Assembly (NCBI GenBank): GCA_902573325.1
Contig: CACGJH010000006.1
Coordinates: 2,074-66,073 of the forward strand
Origin: an uncultured Alphaproteobacteria bacterium
GTDB lineage: Bacteria; Pseudomonadota; Alphaproteobacteria; HIMB59; GCA-002718135
Direction of reading: 5' to 3'
Length of the DNA: 64,000 nucleotides
This document shows positions 59,652 to 64,000 of the stretch, in pieces. Under the pieces are notes generated by a model. The model did no database searches, was not told the DNA's origin, and worked only from the letters and a program-made list of their open reading frames with translations. Position numbers and translations under genes: made by a program. The number at the start of each line of letters is the position of its first letter. The stretch's first letter is position 1.

Positions 59652-60207
59652 TTTTATTTTAATTTTTTTTATTATTCTGTCTTGTCAGCCAGTTGAGATA
59701 TTAAAACCAGTTCAAATTGATACGGCTAGATTTGAAAAAATATCAATAAATGCTGAAATAATTGAAGTTAATAAAAAATACAATTCAGTATTTTCCAAAT
59801 CTAATATTGAGGATCAATTACAAAAATCTCCAATTAATTTAATGGTTGAATGGAATAGCAAAAACATTCTTAAACTTGGAAACGAAAACAAGTTAGTTAT
59901 AAATATTTTAGATGCATCTATTAAAAAAAATGAAATAATGAATGTTGGTGCTAAAAAATATGAGGAAAGAACAATATTTAATTACGAACTATTTTATTTA
60001 GTTGAATATGAACTTTATGATAATAGTGGTTTTTTAATAGCTAATACAATAGTAGAAACTTCAAGATCCACAACTTCTCAAAAATATATTTCTTTAAATG
60101 AAACTGAAATAATTATTAATGATTTATTAGTTTCAACAATGAGAGATTATATAAATGAAACGAAAAACCAATTATCAATTTATATGAAAGATTACTTGAG
60201 TTTTTAA
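59635..60207 (+). CDS. Putative lipoprotein, unknown function
   Basis: Lipobox IILSC at aa 13-17. 190 aa, no recognisable domain. Overlaps argF by 17 nt. Confidence 0.5.
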   Translation: MYLKNSFILIFFIILSCQPVEILKPVQIDTARFEKISINAEIIEVNKKYNSVFSKSNIEDQLQKSPINLMVEWNSKNILKLGNENKLVINILDASIKKNEIMNVGAKKYEERTIFNYELFYLVEYELYDNSGFLIANTIVETSRSTTSQKYISLNETEIIINDLLVSTMRDYINETKNQLSIYMKDYLSF

Positions 60208-61652
60208 CTTCTCCAAAAGTTTATAGATAATAAAACTAATACTGTAAAAATTTCTAATCTTCCAATAATCATAGTAATTGATAATATCCATTTAGCTCCA
60301 CTATCTAATAAAAAATAATTTCCGCTAGGTCCAATTATTTCACCTAAACCGGGACCAACGTTTGATATTGCAGATGCTGCTGCTGAAAAAGCGGTTAAAA
60401 AATCTAAATTAAATAAGCTTAAACTTACTGCTGATAAAATAAATAAGAATATATACATAAAGAAAAAGCCCATTATTGAGTTATAAGTATTTTCATTAAC
60501 TGTTTTGCCATTAAATCGCATAACCAATACTGCATGAGGCTGAGTTAACTTTCTAATTTGTGTAATTGCTCCTCTAAACAAAATTTGTAATCTAAATATT
60601 TTAATTCCACCGGTAGTAGATCCTGCACATCCACCAACAAACATAATAATCATCATTATTACAATACCAAAACTACCCCAATTGGAAAAGTCACTACTAG
60701 TATAACCTGTTCCAGTTAAAATTGATGTAATATTGAATAAAGCAATTCTAAAAGCTGAAATTATATCTATAGATTGATTAGTAGTTAGCCAAATTGTCGT
60801 TAACAAAATAATTATAAACAAAATTAGAAAGAATAATTTTATTTGATCATCTTTAAAAATTAACTTTTTTTGATTGTGTAGAAATTGCAAATATAAGACA
60901 AATGGCAAACTGCCAACCAACATAAAAATGATGCTTATAATCTCAATTTGAAAAGAATTAAAATATAAAAAAGATTCATTGTAATTTGAAAATCCACCAG
61001 TTGATATCGTAGTCATTGCATGAATAATTGAATCAAAACCCTTCATTCCATTTACAAAATACAAAAGGGCACAAATAACTGACAAAAATACATAAAGTAG
61101 AAATAATTCAACTACAAACCGATTAACTTTAGGTATTGTTTTTTCATAAGGATCATCATGTTCCATATGTAGCAGCTGCATTCCACCAATTTGTAAAGTT
61201 GGCAATATCGCCATTGCAAGAACGATTATTCCTATTCCTCCAAACCATTGAAGAAGAGATCTCCAAATTAATATACCCTCTGATAAGTTTTCTAAATTGT
61301 TAATAACAGTTGCACCAGTTGTAGTAATTCCACTTACAGACTCAAAAAAAGCATCTGTATATGAAAGTGAAGATGATGAATATACAAATGGAATTGCACC
61401 AAAAAGAGATATTACTAACCAAGATGAAATTGTTAATAAAAATGCCTGCCTAACTCCAAGCTTAATATTTTTTTTTCTAAAAGAAAAATATAAAATTATA
61501 CCTATAAAAAATGTGATTAGACTAGAATAAAAAAACTGTAACCATTCATAATTACCATAATAAAGATCAAAACACATTGGTATTAGCATTGCCAATGCTT
61601 CAATACATATTAGTAAACCAATTATGTTCAATATCGACCTAAAGTCTCTCAT
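60204..61652 (-). CDS. trkH: Potassium uptake protein TrkH
   Basis: 482 aa. Repeated M1-P-M2 units with selectivity-filter-like TTTGAT, TGTGYT, STGGFS and GSTTGG loops. Confidence 0.85.
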   Translation of the reverse strand: MRDFRSILNIIGLLICIEALAMLIPMCFDLYYGNYEWLQFFYSSLITFFIGIILYFSFRKKNIKLGVRQAFLLTISSWLVISLFGAIPFVYSSSSLSYTDAFFESVSGITTTGATVINNLENLSEGILIWRSLLQWFGGIGIIVLAMAILPTLQIGGMQLLHMEHDDPYEKTIPKVNRFVVELFLLYVFLSVICALLYFVNGMKGFDSIIHAMTTISTGGFSNYNESFLYFNSFQIEIISIIFMLVGSLPFVLYLQFLHNQKKLIFKDDQIKLFFLILFIIILLTTIWLTTNQSIDIISAFRIALFNITSILTGTGYTSSDFSNWGSFGIVIMMIIMFVGGCAGSTTGGIKIFRLQILFRGAITQIRKLTQPHAVLVMRFNGKTVNENTYNSIMGFFFMYIFLFILSAVSLSLFNLDFLTAFSAAASAISNVGPGLGEIIGPSGNYFLLDSGAKWILSITMIIGRLEIFTVLVLLSINFWRS

Positions 61653-61665
61653 TCTTTTTTTTTAA

Positions 61666-62058
61666 TTAATTTAATTTGTTATTTTCAAATGGTGTATCTA
61701 ATGAAAACTGAGGTATTTGAACATCAAAAGTGTTACCATTATCATTTTGCATCTCGTAAGTTCCTTCCATAAAACCGGATGAAGTAGTTAAGGGTGTCCC
61801 ACTTGTATACTCAAATTTTTCACCTGGATTTAGTACAGGCTGTTCACCCACAACACCTTTTCCACGCACTTCTTGTAATGTGCCATTAGCATCAATAATT
61901 TTCCAGTGTCTGTTTACAAGTTGCACTTTTTCGTTACCTTGATTATCAATTGTTACCTTATATGCCCATACATAATGTTGATCTTCTGGCTCAGATTGAT
62001 CTTCAAGATAATATGGTTTTACAGTAATGTTTATTTTTTTTGTTGTTTTAGAATACAT
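61666..62058 (-). CDS. apaG: ApaG protein
   Basis: ApaG/DUF525 pattern: VQLVNRHWKIIDANG…VRGKGVVGEQPVLNPGEKFEYTSG. 130 aa. Confidence 0.85.
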   Translation of the reverse strand: MYSKTTKKINITVKPYYLEDQSEPEDQHYVWAYKVTIDNQGNEKVQLVNRHWKIIDANGTLQEVRGKGVVGEQPVLNPGEKFEYTSGTPLTTSSGFMEGTYEMQNDNGNTFDVQIPQFSLDTPFENNKLN

Positions 62059-62098
62059 TGAAGAAAGCTCAATATACCAAAATAATTGTAAACAAAAG

Positions 62099-63007
62099 TT
62101 AATTTGTTTTTTTTATTTCTACTCTTCTATTTGCTGGTTGTTTTGTATCATCTGGTGTATTTACAGCTAAAGATTCTTCCCCTTTGCCTAATATTTTAAT
62201 ACTATTTTGTTTGATACCATAATTAATTAAAATTTCTTTTACAACCTCAGCTCTTTTAATTGATAATGATAAATTATATTTATTTGTTCCTTTAGTGTCA
62301 GTATGTCCAACGACAAGATACTCATTAATAACACTTCCATAATTATTTAAAAATTTTTTTATTTTGTCTTTACTTACTTCAGATAAATTGAATTGATCAA
62401 AATCGAAATATATTATTTGCATTAATTCTTTATTTTCGTTTTTAGTAACAATTGTTACTTCATCTTTCGTTTCATTTTCTAAATTATTGTATTTCCCACT
62501 TGAAGTTTCTTGCTCGTTTTCCTGAGTCGATATTTTTTCATAAATATTATGTATGGCGTTCAAGAAATCATTCTTGCAACTATTAATATCCCATGTTTGC
62601 CAATTTTCTTCCTGTTGTTCTGACCAGCAATCTAATGATGAAATAGCTTTCGCTAAATTTAAAGGATCAATATTTTTTGCATCATTATAAATTATCATAA
62701 GGTTATCATATGCAATTCTTATTTCCTTGATATTTTCTTTTGGCAGTTTCCAATATGAAATATCTTCTGGATATATTTCATCAGTTTCTAAACTCTTGAG
62801 AGCTTTTTCAGAATATAGTTTTGCTGAATTCCAATCATGCATTTCTTCTGCTTCAAAAGTAGCTCTTTTTTTGTATTCGGACAATAAGTGTTCTTGAAAG
62901 TTTCTTGGCTTATTAGTTTCCATTTTAGATAGTTCTTTATAGCTAGCAGAGCATCCTGTTAAAAAAATTAGAATAGAGATAATTGATATTAAGTATTTAA
63001 ATTTCAT
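62099..63007 (-). CDS. OmpA-family lipoprotein
   Basis: Lipobox LTGCS. C-terminal OmpA domain (GHTDTKGTNKYNLSLSIKRAE…NRRVEI). Confidence 0.75.
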   Translation of the reverse strand: MKFKYLISIISILIFLTGCSASYKELSKMETNKPRNFQEHLLSEYKKRATFEAEEMHDWNSAKLYSEKALKSLETDEIYPEDISYWKLPKENIKEIRIAYDNLMIIYNDAKNIDPLNLAKAISSLDCWSEQQEENWQTWDINSCKNDFLNAIHNIYEKISTQENEQETSSGKYNNLENETKDEVTIVTKNENKELMQIIYFDFDQFNLSEVSKDKIKKFLNNYGSVINEYLVVGHTDTKGTNKYNLSLSIKRAEVVKEILINYGIKQNSIKILGKGEESLAVNTPDDTKQPANRRVEIKKTN

Positions 63008-63158
63008 AAAATTCTATTATCAAGTTTAGCTGTCAAAACTAAGACTAAATTTTGACCGAATTAAGGTCCACCATTTTTTTTGTATCATAGACATTTTATC
63101 ATTGCAGAGTATTTAAAGATTAAATACAGAATTAGCATATTTATTTAAGGAGTTTATA

Positions 63159-64000
63159 ATGATTAAACATTCTACGTCGGTGGATCAATCGGACAGAAAG
63201 GTTCCCTACAATTTAAGACAAAGTGGTCCTACACCAGTTCAAATGCTTATTTCAACCAGAGTGAGAAAATCACCTTATTGGCATTTGTCAATGGAGGCGG
63301 GATGTTGGAGAGCAACAGTTTATAATAGAATTTATCATCCGAGGGGTTATGTAAAACCAGAAGATGGTGGAGCAATGGTTGAGTATGAGGCAATTAAAAA
63401 TCATGTTACCATGTGGAATGTTGCAGTTGAAAGACAAATTCAAGTTAAAGGCCCTGATGCTGAGGCTTTTGTTGATTACGTTATAACTAGAGATGCAACA
63501 AAAATATCTCCAATGAGAGGAAGATATGTAATTCTTTGTAATCAATATGGGGGTGTTTTAAACGATCCTATTCTTCTAAGAATTTCTAAGGATGAGTTTT
63601 GGTTTTCTTTATCTGACTCAGACATCGGCTTGTATTTGCAAGGTGTAAATCATGATAATAGATTTAATGTCCATATTGATGAAATTGATGTAAGCCCAGT
63701 TCAAATTCAAGGCCCTAAAGCGCATGCTTTGATGAATGATTTAATAGGTGATCAAGTTAAAGTTGATGAAATGCCATTCTATGGACTTGCTGCTGCGAAA
63801 GTAGGTGGAAGAGATTGTATAATTTCTCAAACAGGTTTCTCTGGAGAGGCTGGATTTGAAATTTATTTATATGATTCCACTAAGTATGCTGATGATATGT
63901 GGAATGCTGTTTTAGAAGCAGGAAAAAAACATAATCTTATGGTCATAGCTCCAGCTCATCATCGAAGAATCCAAGCAGGAATTCTATCTTGGGGTCAAGA
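63159..64000 (+). CDS. GcvT-family aminomethyltransferase, DmdA-like (possible DMSP demethylase); 3'-truncated by the window end
   Basis: Absent from the supplied ORF track because it is open-ended. My hand translation from ATG 63159 (AAGGAG SD at 63147-63152) has no stop through 64000. It aligns by eye with DmdA-type proteins: …RKSPYW…TVYN…ERQIQVKGPDA…GGVLNDP…VSPVQIQGPKA…GFSGEAGFEIY…. Confidence 0.7.
   Translation, partial: MIKHSTSVDQSDRKVPYNLRQSGPTPVQMLISTRVRKSPYWHLSMEAGCWRATVYNRIYHPRGYVKPEDGGAMVEYEAIKNHVTMWNVAVERQIQVKGPDAEAFVDYVITRDATKISPMRGRYVILCNQYGGVLNDPILLRISKDEFWFSLSDSDIGLYLQGVNHDNRFNVHIDEIDVSPVQIQGPKAHALMNDLIGDQVKVDEMPFYGLAAAKVGGRDCIISQTGFSGEAGFEIYLYDSTKYADDMWNAVLEAGKKHNLMVIAPAHHRRIQAGILSWGQ

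Noticed and set aside
63288-63545. 85-aa minus-strand ORF, the only ORF the track lists in this region.
   Set aside because: It is antisense to a much longer, motif-rich plus-strand GcvT-family frame that runs off the window end. It is a shadow ORF.

Overview
Very AT-rich, extremely gene-dense sequence: nearly all coding, with many 1-17 nt gene overlaps and zero-length spacers. It looks like an alphaproteobacterial chromosome segment. The synteny fits a streamlined SAR11/Pelagibacterales-like genome: split F0 operon atpI-B-E-F'-F, ispH-thrB-rnhA, mutY/DUF721/dsbA/smc, ccrM and CIRCE-groESL. This lineage call is inference only; no search was run.

Contents in order:
- A polyol-to-xylulose-5-P cluster (xylB plus three dehydrogenases).
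- yceI, rnhA, thrB and ispH.
- The F0 ATP synthase operon.
- A short smc, then dsbA, DUF721 and mutY.
- A consolidated purine block (purQ, purL, purM, purN, purF, purD, purC, purK, purE and a Bateman-less guaB).
- A MATE pump and an autotransporter with an unusual repeat passenger.
- ccrM, rnhB, moaB, slt, a family-4 UDG, and TPR-ispE.
- A four-gene ligase-associated DNA-damage-response cluster (ATP ligase, MBL exonuclease, Lhr-like helicase, PdeM).
- A five-gene cluster of exported or membrane proteins of unknown function.
- tRNA-Gln and tRNA-Arg flanking an SH3 protein, then a very low-GC GT61 glycosyltransferase.
- sppA, groESL, gpx, mscS, an AI-2E transporter, recX, an ABC-2 permease, argD-argF, trkH, apaG and an OmpA-family lipoprotein.
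- A DmdA-like GcvT-family gene that runs off the 3' end. The supplied ORF track misses it; I translated it by hand.

I see no CRISPR array, transposase, integrase, prophage or recognisable defence system. Most of the window is core housekeeping.

The most interesting items are:
- the uncharacterised envelope cluster at 44.8-48.4 kb, including a 10-Cys secreted protein with a CCWPCLC motif;
- the autotransporter with a propeller-like repeat passenger;
- the 252-nt spacer upstream of ccrM, which holds clustered GANTC sites, a UUCG-loop terminator and a possible sRNA;
- the ligase-associated repair cluster, whose divergent start codons abut in one CATATG;
- several domain-architecture oddities: an N-terminally extended PurL, an IMPDH without CBS domains, and an 882-aa SMC.

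All family assignments come from motif recognition by eye and need HMM or BLAST confirmation.
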